64,000 nt of DNA from Bacteroidales bacterium (GTDB lineage: Bacteria > Bacteroidota > Bacteroidia > Bacteroidales > UBA3663): contig JAZQPJ010000056.1 of NCBI GenBank assembly GCA_045628525.1, positions 615 through 64,614 of the forward strand, in the 5' to 3' direction. Within the stretch, counting starts at the first letter, position 1. The number at the start of each line of letters is the position of its first letter. Shown piece after piece: positions 10,133-19,450 of the stretch. The notes beneath the pieces are model-generated. The model was not told the origin of the DNA. It saw only the letters and a list, made by a program, of their open reading frames with translations, and searched no databases. Made by a program: the position numbers and the translations under genes.

Positions 10133-11044
10133 ATGAACAAAGCTCTCTTTTCTTTCGGTCCAAAGCATCTGGCCACGATCGTTGCTGTGAGTGTCTGCGC
10201 TATATGGGGCGAGACCTTCGTGTCGTCGAAAGTGCTCCTGACAGCCGGGTTGCTTCCTGCCGACATCTTTTTCTTCCGCTTTACGTTAGCCTATCTGTGC
10301 CTAAGCATCTTCTCGCATCAAAGACGTTGGGCCGACACCTGGAAGCACGAACTCCTGCTTATGGCCACTGGAGTGCTGGGCGGCTCGCTCTACTTCCTGA
10401 GCGAAAACATGGCTTTGCTCTATTCCACAGCTTCGAACGTAGCCATCCTCGTTGGCTCCACCCCATTGGTCACCGCCATACTGCTCGCTTTGTTCTACAA
10501 AGACGAACGCATGCACGGCCGCCAGATAGGCGGGTCGCTCATCGCCTTCATTGGCATGGCGTTGGTCATCCTCAACGGACAACTGATGCTACACCTCAAC
10601 CCTCGCGGCGACATACTTGCCCTGGGAGCCTCTCTCACCTGGGGTTTCTACTCTCTGATCATGAAGAAGCTTACTCCACACTACGACGCCCTGTTCATCA
10701 CTCGCAAGGTCTTTGCCTACGGTGTACTGAGCATCATCCCCTACTTCATTTTCGTACAACCGCTGCACTTTGACACCACCATCTTACTCAAGCCCAGCGT
10801 GTGGGGCAATCTGCTCTATCTGGGGCTCATAGCATCAATGCTCTGCTATTTCGGATGGAACTGGGCGCTTTCGGTTCTGGGCACAGTACCCACTACCAAC
10901 ATCGTGTATCTGCAGCCCTTCTTCACCATGATCATATCATACATCGTGCTCGGCGAACGCATCACCTGGATGGCAATCACCGGTTCCGTCATATTGATAC
11001 TTGGCATGGTACTGGCCGTCAAGAACCGAAGGGAAAGGGGTTAG
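10133..11044 (+). CDS. DMT/EamA family transporter
   Basis: About 10 transmembrane segments; IWG, FFRF and LGERIT motifs. Start could be 10124 or 10133. Confidence 0.9.
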   Translation: MNKALFSFGPKHLATIVAVSVCAIWGETFVSSKVLLTAGLLPADIFFFRFTLAYLCLSIFSHQRRWADTWKHELLLMATGVLGGSLYFLSENMALLYSTASNVAILVGSTPLVTAILLALFYKDERMHGRQIGGSLIAFIGMALVILNGQLMLHLNPRGDILALGASLTWGFYSLIMKKLTPHYDALFITRKVFAYGVLSIIPYFIFVQPLHFDTTILLKPSVWGNLLYLGLIASMLCYFGWNWALSVLGTVPTTNIVYLQPFFTMIISYIVLGERITWMAITGSVILILGMVLAVKNRRERG

Positions 11045-11520
11045 TTTTTACGAAGCGGGAGAGCATAAGCTGCATATTGCCCTCTATCAGCGTTCGCATG
11101 TGCACATACAAATCGTCATCCTCAATCTCTTCCTCATCGCGCATCTCCAGGTATTTGAACACCAGATCCATCAGCTCCTGTGCCGTGAGGCCAACGATAG
11201 GTTCTGGCTCAGGAAGGGTATCTTTCTTCAGGCACTCCAGCACTTTGTTCGGCACACGATAGGTGACATCGCCATCGCGGTCCTTACGACGCATGATGGC
11301 ACCACGTTGCACCAACGCATCGATCTCTTCCCTTACTGACAACACCTGCAATGGACGCACATCAAAATGATTAGCGATGTCGCGATAGTTTATGCGCGAA
11401 TCTGTAAACTGATCGACGAACACCGAGAACAGCATCGCCTGCATGGGTGTCAGACCCAGTCGCTTTGCCAGTTCCTTCGTCAGCCGCAGCACCTCTCCCT
11501 CCATCGTCAAATCCTCCTGA
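11045..11520 (-). pseudogene. Fragment resembling the N-terminal region of a Bacteroidales AAA ATPase
   Basis: LAKRLGLTPMQAMLFSVFVDQ...VTYRVP resembles that family from memory. No Walker motifs; the frame runs into the convergent DMT gene. Confidence 0.5.
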
Positions 11521-11735
11521 TTCTTGGTCACTATTGAGGCGAACGAGATAGACGCCTGTGACGTTGACGCCACACTGGCTGAGCACATACTTCTGATAAG
11601 CAATGTCGTAGGCATATTTCTGCGGGACAGCACGAGTGTTTTTCTTCGGGTCGGTTGATCCCGTACTGCTCTTCACCTCATAGATGGCCCAGCCAGTCTC
11701 GGTCTTATGCAGGATGTCCACAGCACAATAGAATC
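11521..11735 (-). pseudogene. Internal fragment of a PD-(D/E)xK nuclease (DUF2779-associated type)
   Basis: FYCAVDIL...WAIYEVKSST...DIAYQKYVL contains the D...EVK motif and the QxxY-like motif. No native start or end. Confidence 0.65.
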
Positions 11736-11828
11736 TTCAGAAGGCGGCCAGGCGGTCAAGGATGGAAGGATCTGCGTCAATAATCGTATGTACCATCTGT
11801 GATTATGAAGGTCCTTTGATCGTTATTG

Positions 11829-13013
11829 TTATTGCCATAGATTATTTTGACTACTAATAATAAGTTTCATCCCTTTGCATGCAGAATCATCAAGTATAAC
11901 CTTCAATTCATTGGCAAACGAAATGATCGTTGCAGCATCTGCGGCGAGCGACTCGATGCGCATGTTGCCCATCACATATATATTCTCGGCAAGCGGGATG
12001 GACATGTAAGGGCAATCATTGTCAATGCCACAGGACTCTCTGACCCAAATGGACAGTGTAGCAATATCCTCTTTATATCGGGCATACAAGTCTCTGATCT
12101 TTTGTGCAGCATCTACAATCTGACCCAGACTGTCCTTCGGGTTTTCGGACCGAATGCCTGCAAGCATGAAGAGATTCGCTGAAAACTGAAACTGTATGTC
12201 AAGTTTCCCCTCTCTCACCTTTCTTGAGACTTTATACTCCAGGTCTTTATCCTTCAGGTAATCATTCACAAAAGGAAGCAGCATGTTGCCAATGATCCTA
12301 CCCTTGCTCCGCTCGCGTTCATAATGCACCAGTTCTGCGGCTTTTCGCGCTTGCTCTGCAGCCTTCTCTTCTTGCAGCTTGATCTGTGCAGGTACGACTC
12401 GTGACACTGGGTTGTACTCCTCTATCGTCATGGCGAGTTTATCGGCAGGGAAGTCTTTCCATTCTATGGCATCAGGAACGACATAAACTTTCGACACATC
12501 GAAGCCGCCCTTTTTAAGCACCTTCTCAACCATCTTTTCACTCTCTACATGAATGACGCAACCTGCTGGAATATCAGAAAAAAGATATTGCTTAGTCGAA
12601 ATCTTTTCTCCCAGATATACGTAATGCTTGAGCTTCGAGTCTTGGAAACAGTAACGCACCTCCGAATCACTGTATGCCTGAAGATACTCCACCCCATTGA
12701 TATGCCAACACAGTCTATTGAAAGCGTCTGGCAGGCAGAGGACTCGTGGCAACTGGGCACTCGTCTCAATCTCCTGAAGAGACTGCGGGACATTGACAGA
12801 AATAGCACTGCCCGCAAATAATTTCAAACTCAGCAAACCTTCATTCAGCAGAAGTTGCTTAACGATAAAACCGGAGGTCTCAGCATTGTCAAACCGGGCG
12901 TCAATCCGTAATACGGAGCCTGGTATTTCTACCCGTTCGTATTCGGAAAATGCCTTTGCCAGCTCATTCTTGCTGATTTTGTCCGTACCAGATGGAAACC
13001 GAAATGTTTTCAT
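11829..13013 (-). CDS. Hypothetical protein with a degenerate BspA/LRR-like N-terminus and a coiled-coil linker
   Basis: Intact 394-aa AT-rich ORF; FPSGTDKISKN, VEIPGSVLRI, LNEGLLSL and VPQSLQEIE resemble LRR_5 units. Confidence 0.6.
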   Translation of the reverse strand: MKTFRFPSGTDKISKNELAKAFSEYERVEIPGSVLRIDARFDNAETSGFIVKQLLLNEGLLSLKLFAGSAISVNVPQSLQEIETSAQLPRVLCLPDAFNRLCWHINGVEYLQAYSDSEVRYCFQDSKLKHYVYLGEKISTKQYLFSDIPAGCVIHVESEKMVEKVLKKGGFDVSKVYVVPDAIEWKDFPADKLAMTIEEYNPVSRVVPAQIKLQEEKAAEQARKAAELVHYERERSKGRIIGNMLLPFVNDYLKDKDLEYKVSRKVREGKLDIQFQFSANLFMLAGIRSENPKDSLGQIVDAAQKIRDLYARYKEDIATLSIWVRESCGIDNDCPYMSIPLAENIYVMGNMRIESLAADAATIISFANELKVILDDSACKGMKLIISSQNNLWQ

Positions 13014-13075
13014 AATTCATCGTTATTGAATTTTGGCAATGTCCCCTAGTGCCAAATAGTATATCATTGCCTTTT

Positions 13076-13375
13076 TTATTTTTCTGGATGATAGTCTCGC
13101 AATCCGAAATGACGGCTGGCCAGGTACTTCTTATCATATTCAGTCATACCTGTATCACCACCCTCGATGTAGCGAGAGTAAGCCCAAACGACACATGACC
13201 ACCAACCATCAAATACATCTGGTTGCTCGTTATGCTCTACCAAATAAAAAATGACAGAGAGAGAAAAGGTGATGAACAACAGCACCAGCATTGAAATTCC
13301 CATCTCACGTCGGGTATTGAGAAATGCCCGATAAAAAGATGCCAATTCGTTTGTTTTTCCAGAAAATAGTTTCAT
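13076..13375 (-). pseudogene. Truncated ion-channel (K+ channel-like) membrane fragment
   Basis: Transmembrane segment then YLVEHNEQPDVF...WWSCVVWA pore-helix-like stretch; breaks off before the following transmembrane helix. Confidence 0.55.
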
Positions 13376-13412
13376 GGTTGTTTTTTGATGAAAAACTAGT
13401 GTTTTTATGGCA

Positions 13413-13443
13413 CAAATATAGTTACTTTTTCCAATATTTCAAA
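13413..13443 (-). promoter_or_regulatory. Bacteroidetes promoter for the 13375 ORF
   Basis: TTTG (13440-13443) and TATATTTG (13413-13420), 19 bp apart. Confidence 0.7.
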
Positions 13444-13489
13444 TTTCCACCTCACTTTTTTTTCTGATTTATGCTGAACAACATATAAA

Positions 13490-14115
13490 AAGACACTCCA
13501 GTCAGGAAATTCCTGCCTAAGTATTGACCTCAGGAACATTTCCCAGATCTCTGCCATATCCACAAACATACCCATTGCCTCGTTCTTGGTTTCAGAGTCC
13601 TGCTGCATGATGCCCTTTTGCTGTATCAGTTGCCAAGAGAGGTCAACGATAGGTCTATATGACTCAAATACGGATTTATAATTGATTCTCTTATATTCGT
13701 ACACTGAGATATGGCGTAACTGGATGCCCAGAGAATGAAGATTGTCGAGGGCATTCTTGGCATTAGGTGAGGCATTGAGCCTATCTGCAGAAGCACAGTT
13801 CCGTAGAATAAAACGTTCGGCCTGAAGAATGATGTTTGCTATCACTTCGTCTGGCTGTTTCTCCCAAGTTGTGGAGTAAACCTCTCGCTCTTTATGATAT
13901 GGTAGAATTGATTTACGGACATTCAACCTTCCTTTGATCGTTACTCCTTTATGTTCAATAGCGACATTGCGGGTAGGAATACCATATTTGTTAGCATTCG
14001 ACAACTTGTTTGCCCAAATGAAACCAATCAATAAGTTTAGCAAATGATCAACACCAGTTTCTTTGGGCCCAGCTATTTGTTTTTGCTGGCAGCTTAGGTA
14101 ATACTCGTCGTAATG
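13490..14115 (-). pseudogene. Internal fragment of an McrC-family (5mC restriction) protein
   Basis: ANKYGIP...IKGRLNVRKSI...FVDMAEIWEMFLR resembles McrC. The N-terminus and the catalytic C-terminus are missing, and no mcrB lies alongside. Confidence 0.7.
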
Positions 14116-14260
14116 CTACTATTCATTGCTGCCATTGCTTCTCGAATACTTCTCAACTTTCGATTCTTATCTTCAGGGTAGCATATTCGAGAGTTCTCAC
14201 ATATCTTCAACCGGAAGCAGTCTGGCATAAGTGGACAAGAATGGCAGGATCATAACTTAC

Positions 14261-14297
14261 GACCGGCATCAATCATAAGTTGGGATTGATGCCGGTC
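14261..14297. repeat. Perfect 14-bp inverted repeat (hairpin)
   Basis: GACCGGCATCAATC-9 nt-GATTGATGCCGGTC; no clear U-tract. Confidence 0.8.
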
Positions 14298-14512
14298 TGT
14301 TCTATACATGCGAACAATCAGACTAATTATCTCGTCAATGCAGATTTCTATCTTCATTGGATCAAGACATCACTCAACAACCGCGAGACTGACGTATCGT
14401 TTCCTCATCTATGCCGTAGTTGACAGCTATAACTTCGACGGGGACATTGTACTATAGCAACAGACGGATGGATGAAGCAAGCATCTCATTTATCTGTTTA
14501 TCATTCAGACTC

Positions 14513-14573
14513 AGATGGGAGTTGGAGTTTATGGGCGGCCTTGGGGGCCGCTGGGAAACTCCAACTCTCATCT
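14513..14573 (-). other. Nested hairpin/cruciform downstream of the putative DGR variable repeat
   Basis: Outer 18-bp arms 14513-14530 and 14556-14573 (one mismatch) enclose the GC-only stem GCGGCC-TTGGG-GGCCGC. It lies 44 nt past the stop codon. Confidence 0.75.
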
Positions 14574-14617
14574 TATGCTTTGGCTTGGGATTTTTTTGAT
14601 CTCTTGGTCTACAAGGA

Positions 14618-16189
14618 CTATTCTATGGACACGCAGACCGCGCGGACGGAAGTCCCGTCGCGTCGGTCGTCGTCGTCTGCGTCCTGGCCGCCCGAACCGA
14701 AGTAGAGGCAGTACGCGCTGCGCGAGTACGAAGTGCCGAGCGACGACGACCAGTAGACGCCGAGCGAGCCTGCTTTGTTGAGGTCCGAGCCGCCACGACC
14801 ACCGGCAGCCGGCAAGAAGATGGAATTACCATTCGGGCCTGTGACGGTATAACCTTGCTTTGTGGAGTTCCATGTCCAGGTACAAGAGGTGCGAAGCTGA
14901 TCCAGCTCTGCCTTGGTTGGCATGCGCCAATTGCCGCCCCAGTTCACCGTGGCGGCATCATCCTCTGGGTCAAGTACGGTTTTGTTATCTACGGTGCCAT
15001 AACTGCTTTTGGTGCAATACTTTGTCATCGAAGTAGAAGATCCATTGCACCACTTGTAACTTGCCCAATCATAACCGGATGTCTTACCAGTCTTCCATGA
15101 AGAACATGGGCTATCCTGTGAATGCCCTGCCAGATAATACGGCTCCGTCTCGCCCCAGGCGAAGTAATCGCCATAGTCCTCTGGTGTGGTAGCACCTACG
15201 TTGCACGTTGCCCAATAGATGGTATGGCCATGTGAATCCTTCAGACCCAAATCGACGTAGGCATGACCATTGAAGGGATCTTCATCGAACGAGATGTCGT
15301 CTCCACTGGCATTAGTGCCACTCTTGAACTCCAACGCATAGTTATAGCCACCACGCGCCTGCATGTTCTTGCCATCTACTGTACCTACGTATGTTTTGTT
15401 AGTAGTACCAGCAACGGTAATGGTCAACTGGCTTCCGCTAAGATTGGTAGGTCCTACGAAAGCATAAACCGTCAGCAACTCCTTATTCTCTGTTGTCGAA
15501 GTATTCTTCAGCCTGATGGTATAAGAAGAAGCCTTGCTCTTTGGGGACAATGCAGGTGTTGCTGCTGTGAGATCGTAGGTGGCCGCAGTGGTGAACTTCT
15601 CGCCGTCACAAGACAGCGTCACACTCGTATAGGTATCTGCTACCGGCATCGTCAACTGCAAACGCACGAAACTACCAAGATGCTTCATCGCCAGATTGAC
15701 ACCACCCGTTTCATTAGGAGAAGTAGCTGCTGCTGCCATAAAGTCGTACTTGCCAAGGTGAGCTAATGAGCCATTGCCATTCTGCTCCTGGCCGAAATAA
15801 TCTACAGGGATAGCATTTTCGTTGATGTGGAAATTCTTCGCTGTAAATGGATAATAGGCTGCATAAGTATAAGAAGAGCGTAGTGCCCATGCTCCACCAT
15901 CAAACATGGCAGAGTTGGAACCCTCTCCCGCAGAAATCGGGAAATCTACCTGAGAGCCTCCGATTGGATAGATGCCAAGTGTGTCTCCATTCGACCACGA
16001 GAATTTCAGACTTGATCCCATCGTATAGGCAGTACGTGTTGCACCGCCCAATTCTGGCACGATGTCCTCGCCAGTAACTATGATGTCTGTTACCAGCTCG
16101 CTTTTGGCAGAGAATTCTTCTGACTCGCTGCATGAAGCGAAAGCCAAGGCGGCCATTACTCCCGCAAATAATAATTTAGTGCTTTTCAT
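14618..16189 (-). CDS. Fimbrillin/type V pilin-like lipoprotein with a C-terminal C-type-lectin-fold domain; putative DGR target
   Basis: Lipobox FASC plus acidic SESEE; ATRT processing site; WSNGDTLGIY, YAAYYPF and YDFM fimbrillin motifs; then GHAYVDLGL, WATCNVGA, YGDYFAWGET, WGGNWRMPT, FLPAAG and YWSSS. Confidence 0.88.
   Translation of the reverse strand: MKSTKLLFAGVMAALAFASCSESEEFSAKSELVTDIIVTGEDIVPELGGATRTAYTMGSSLKFSWSNGDTLGIYPIGGSQVDFPISAGEGSNSAMFDGGAWALRSSYTYAAYYPFTAKNFHINENAIPVDYFGQEQNGNGSLAHLGKYDFMAAAATSPNETGGVNLAMKHLGSFVRLQLTMPVADTYTSVTLSCDGEKFTTAATYDLTAATPALSPKSKASSYTIRLKNTSTTENKELLTVYAFVGPTNLSGSQLTITVAGTTNKTYVGTVDGKNMQARGGYNYALEFKSGTNASGDDISFDEDPFNGHAYVDLGLKDSHGHTIYWATCNVGATTPEDYGDYFAWGETEPYYLAGHSQDSPCSSWKTGKTSGYDWASYKWCNGSSTSMTKYCTKSSYGTVDNKTVLDPEDDAATVNWGGNWRMPTKAELDQLRTSCTWTWNSTKQGYTVTGPNGNSIFLPAAGGRGGSDLNKAGSLGVYWSSSLGTSYSRSAYCLYFGSGGQDADDDDRRDGTSVRAVCVSIE
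14625..14815 (-). other. Putative DGR variable repeat (VR)
   Basis: Abruptly GC-rich 3' end. Invariant codons avoid adenine (TCG, CGT, GGC, CTC, GCG) and alternate with NNC/NNT codons consistent with mutagenised AAC/AAT. Confidence 0.75.
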
Positions 16190-16201
16190 AACAGTTGGCA
16201 T

Positions 16202-16339
16202 TTAATCTTCGTCTTCAAAATCTCTAAAACGTGCACTCATTGGGATGTCGTCACCGGTAGCACCTGTGCTTGTTGCAATAATATCTGCATTATTCAACAT
16301 CACGATCTTCAACTCTGGGTTTGCAAATTGCTTTTTCAT
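16202..16339 (-). CDS. 45-aa peptide MKKQFANPELKIVMLNNADIIATS...
   Basis: ATG at 16339. Follows the MKKx(Y/F)xxPxxxv...DIIATS pattern of Bacteroidales small ORFs; its stop lies just upstream of the pilin-like gene. Confidence 0.75.
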   Translation of the reverse strand: MKKQFANPELKIVMLNNADIIATSTGATGDDIPMSARFRDFEDED

Positions 16340-16411
16340 AATTGTTTTCTGCCTACCAGTTCCTCCGATCTCAGCATATATAATAATATAATGTGTGACA
16401 TCCAGACACAA

Positions 16412-16650
16412 GAAAGCGTGAGGAACTGTCCTTTATTCATCTTATATCAGGCTCTGGTAAACCTTTGTCGAAATGAATAACTACAATTGCCCACGCCGCA
16501 TATGCTCGGAGCTATACGGCGCAGACACCAACAGACGGCGTGGCAACCGTATGCGCAGATACACATACAGGGGGCGTCCTTGTGGCTACCATCCTTCGAC
16601 TTTGAAATTTACCAGATTTCGATATAAAGGATGAAAGCGGGAACGCCTTC
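16412..16650 (-). ncRNA. Candidate structured 5' leader/ncRNA
   Basis: Several long-range complementary segments (see findings) between the promoter at 16733-16764 and the ATG at 16339. Confidence 0.55.
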
Positions 16651-16732
16651 TTGATGGTTATGGATAAGTCATGATGACCTATGGCTACACGAGAGTGGTA
16701 GCATCAGGCCCAATTCCGCCCATAATCCGCCG

Positions 16733-16764
16733 CAAAGATATACATTTTTTTTCTATCCTCCAAA
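16733..16764 (-). promoter_or_regulatory. Promoter for the peptide/pilin unit
   Basis: TTTG (16761-16764) and TATCTTTG (16733-16740). Confidence 0.75.
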
Positions 16765-16804
16765 TTTTCTCCTCACTTTTTATTCATTTCATGTTCAACA
16801 GCAC

Positions 16805-16838
16805 AAAAAAAAGGCTAAGCAGTACTCCTGCTCAGCCT
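16805..16838 (-). terminator. Intrinsic terminator after folD
   Basis: Minus strand reads AGGCTGAGCAG-loop-CTGCTTAGCCT followed by a T-run. Confidence 0.8.
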
Positions 16839-16865
16839 AATTATCTAAATCAAAATCAACGGTGA

Positions 16866-17744
16866 TTACCAGTTGATGCCCTTGCCAGCCTTTAGCGTGT
16901 TCTTCATCAGCGAACAGATGGTCATCGGGCCAACGCCACCTGGCACGGGGGTGATGAACGAGCACTTCGGAGCCACCTCATCGAACTTCACGTCGCCCTT
17001 GAGCTTGAAGCCCGACTTCTTGGTGGCATCTGGCACACGGGTAGTGCCTACGTCGATGACCGTGGCACCCTCCTTCACCATGTCGGCAGTCACAAACTCT
17101 GGCGAACCGATGGCTGCAATCAGGATGTCGGCCGAAGCACAGATCTCCTTGAGGTTCTCGCTGGCCGAATGGCATACGGTGACGGTAGCGTTGCCCGGAT
17201 AAGCCTTCTGCATCATGAGCTGAGCCACTGGCTTGCCCACGATGTTCGAGCGGCCGAGCACCACGCAATGCTTGCCCTTGGTCTCCACGCCGTATCGCTC
17301 CAGCAGCATCATGATACCGGCTGGGGTGGCGCTTACGAAGCATGGCAGGCCGATGCTCAGACGACCCACATTGACTGGGTGGAAGCCATCCACGTCCTTG
17401 CGGTAGTCGATGGCCTCGATCACCTTCTGCGAGTCGATATGCTTTGGCAATGGCAGCTGCACGATGAAGCCGTCCACCTCAGGATTCTTGTTCAACTCGT
17501 CCACCTTGGCGAGAAGCTCTGCCTCGGTGATGTCAGCCTCATAGCGGATGAGCGACGAGGTGAATCCACACTCCTCACAAGCCTTGACCTTAGCGGCCAC
17601 GTATGTCTCCGAACCGCCATCATGGCCCACCAGAATGGCAGCCAGATGTGGTGCGCGCTTGCCAGATGCAAGCATCTGCTTTACTTCTTCGGCAATCTCC
17701 TGCTTGATAGCAGCAGCGGTTGCCTTTCCATCAATTAGTTGCAT
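16866..17744 (-). CDS. folD: Methylenetetrahydrofolate dehydrogenase/cyclohydrolase
   Basis: [27 protein letters not shown] and [11 protein letters not shown] motifs. Confidence 0.98.
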   Translation of the reverse strand: MQLIDGKATAAAIKQEIAEEVKQMLASGKRAPHLAAILVGHDGGSETYVAAKVKACEECGFTSSLIRYEADITEAELLAKVDELNKNPEVDGFIVQLPLPKHIDSQKVIEAIDYRKDVDGFHPVNVGRLSIGLPCFVSATPAGIMMLLERYGVETKGKHCVVLGRSNIVGKPVAQLMMQKAYPGNATVTVCHSASENLKEICASADILIAAIGSPEFVTADMVKEGATVIDVGTTRVPDATKKSGFKLKGDVKFDEVAPKCSFITPVPGGVGPMTICSLMKNTLKAGKGINW

Positions 17745-17857
17745 AATCTTTTGTTGTATTGTTAATGTGTTAATTTGTTAATATGTTAATTTGTTATGTA
17801 TCATTCGACACTAAAAAAACAACATATTAACAAAATAACAAAACAACGCGAAGCGTT

Positions 17858-19222
17858 TTACATTCCCGGGAATCCCTGTCCCTTCATCTTAGCAGCCATC
17901 TGCTGCATCTGCTGCAGAGCGCGCGGATTGGCCTTGAAGTCGTTCATCTTCTTCATCACCTTGCGCATATCATCGAACTGCTTCACCAGACGGTTCACCT
18001 CCTGGATCGAGGTACCTGATCCCTTGGCGATACGGTTCTTGCGGCTCTGGTTCATGCACTCAGGGTGCTGACGCTCGTATGGGGTCATGGACTGGATGAT
18101 GGCCTCAACCGACTTGAAGGCGGAGTTGTCGATGTCGAGGTCCTTGATGGCCTTGCCCACGCCAGGAATCATCGAAGCGAGGTCCTTGATGTTGCCCATC
18201 TTCTTGATCTGCTGGATCTGCTCGAAGAAGTCGTTGAAGTCGAACTGGTTCTTGGCGATCTTCTTCTGGAGCTTCTTGGCCTCAGCCTCATCGTACTGCT
18301 GCTGGGCACGCTCCACGAGTGAAACCACGTCGCCCATGCCGAGGATACGGCCAGCCATACGCTCAGGATAGAACACGTCGAGGGCCTCCATCTTCTCGCC
18401 CGTACCGATGAACTTGATAGGCTTCTGCACCACGGTGCGGATCGAGAGGGCTGCACCGCCACGGGTATCGCCGTCGAGCTTGGTGAGGATCACGCCGGTG
18501 AAGTCGAGGCGCTCGTTGAACTCCTTGGCGGTGTTCACGGCATCCTGGCCGGTCATCGAATCGACCACGAAGAGGATCTCCTGTGGCTGCACGGCATTCT
18601 TGATGTTCTCGATCTCCTGCATCATGGCCTCGTCGATGGCCAGACGACCGGCGGTATCGAGCAGCACCACGTCATAGCCCTCATGCTTGGCCTTGTCGAT
18701 GGCATCGCGGGCAATCTTGACAGGATCCTTGCAGTCGCGGTCCTCATAAACTGGCACGCCTACCTGATTGGCAACCACTTCGAGCTGGTCGATAGCAGCT
18801 GGACGATACACGTCACAGGCGGCGAGCAACGGCTTCTTGCCCTTCTTGTCCTTGAGCATGAGGGCGAGCTTGCCGGTGTGGGTGGTCTTACCTGCACCGT
18901 TCAGGCCGGCCATCAGGATCACGGTAGGATTGGCCTTGAGGTTGAGCTCCACGGCATCTCCGCCCATGAGGATAGCCAGCTCGTCATGCACGAGCTTCAC
19001 CATGAGCTGGCCAGGCTTTACGGCAGTGAGCACGTCCATGCCCAATGCCTTCTGCTTGACGGTATCGGTAAAAGTCTTGGCTACCTTATAGTTCACGTCG
19101 GCATCCAACAGGGCACGACGTACATCTTTCAAGGTCTCTGCAACGTTGATTTCGGTGATCTTGCCTTCACCCTTGAGGATTTTGAACGAGCGCTCAAGAC
19201 GCTCGGAAAGATTGTCAAACAC
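17858..19222 (-). CDS. ffh: Signal recognition particle protein
   Basis: ALLDADV, GLNGAGKTT, DTAGR, TKLDGD and RILGMGD motifs plus an M domain; GTG start. Confidence 0.98.
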   Translation of the reverse strand: MFDNLSERLERSFKILKGEGKITEINVAETLKDVRRALLDADVNYKVAKTFTDTVKQKALGMDVLTAVKPGQLMVKLVHDELAILMGGDAVELNLKANPTVILMAGLNGAGKTTHTGKLALMLKDKKGKKPLLAACDVYRPAAIDQLEVVANQVGVPVYEDRDCKDPVKIARDAIDKAKHEGYDVVLLDTAGRLAIDEAMMQEIENIKNAVQPQEILFVVDSMTGQDAVNTAKEFNERLDFTGVILTKLDGDTRGGAALSIRTVVQKPIKFIGTGEKMEALDVFYPERMAGRILGMGDVVSLVERAQQQYDEAEAKKLQKKIAKNQFDFNDFFEQIQQIKKMGNIKDLASMIPGVGKAIKDLDIDNSAFKSVEAIIQSMTPYERQHPECMNQSRKNRIAKGSGTSIQEVNRLVKQFDDMRKVMKKMNDFKANPRALQQMQQMAAKMKGQGFPGM

Positions 19223-19450
19223 GGCTGTATTGAATTACAAATTACTAATTACAAATGACTGTAGTTTGACTTGACCGCAGCAATGTAGTGATAATTGCGG
19301 TGCAAAGATAACGATTTTTGTTGGGAAAACAAAACATTTGGGAGAAAAAGTGAGGGTTTTCTTGCTCATTGCCCAAAATTTTAGTAACTTTGCAGCGTCC
19401 AACAGGAAACAAGTATTCTGTAATTTGTAATCTGTAATCCGCTCAGCGAC

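Noticed and set aside
14340-14358. 19-nt reverse-complement match to the comB start (63519-63537)
   Set aside because: A single AT-rich match with no flanking similarity; plausibly chance.
11045-16800. DGR template repeat or reverse transcriptase within the island
   Set aside because: I found no AAC-rich copy of the variable repeat and no YxDD-type RT ORF in the window by eye.
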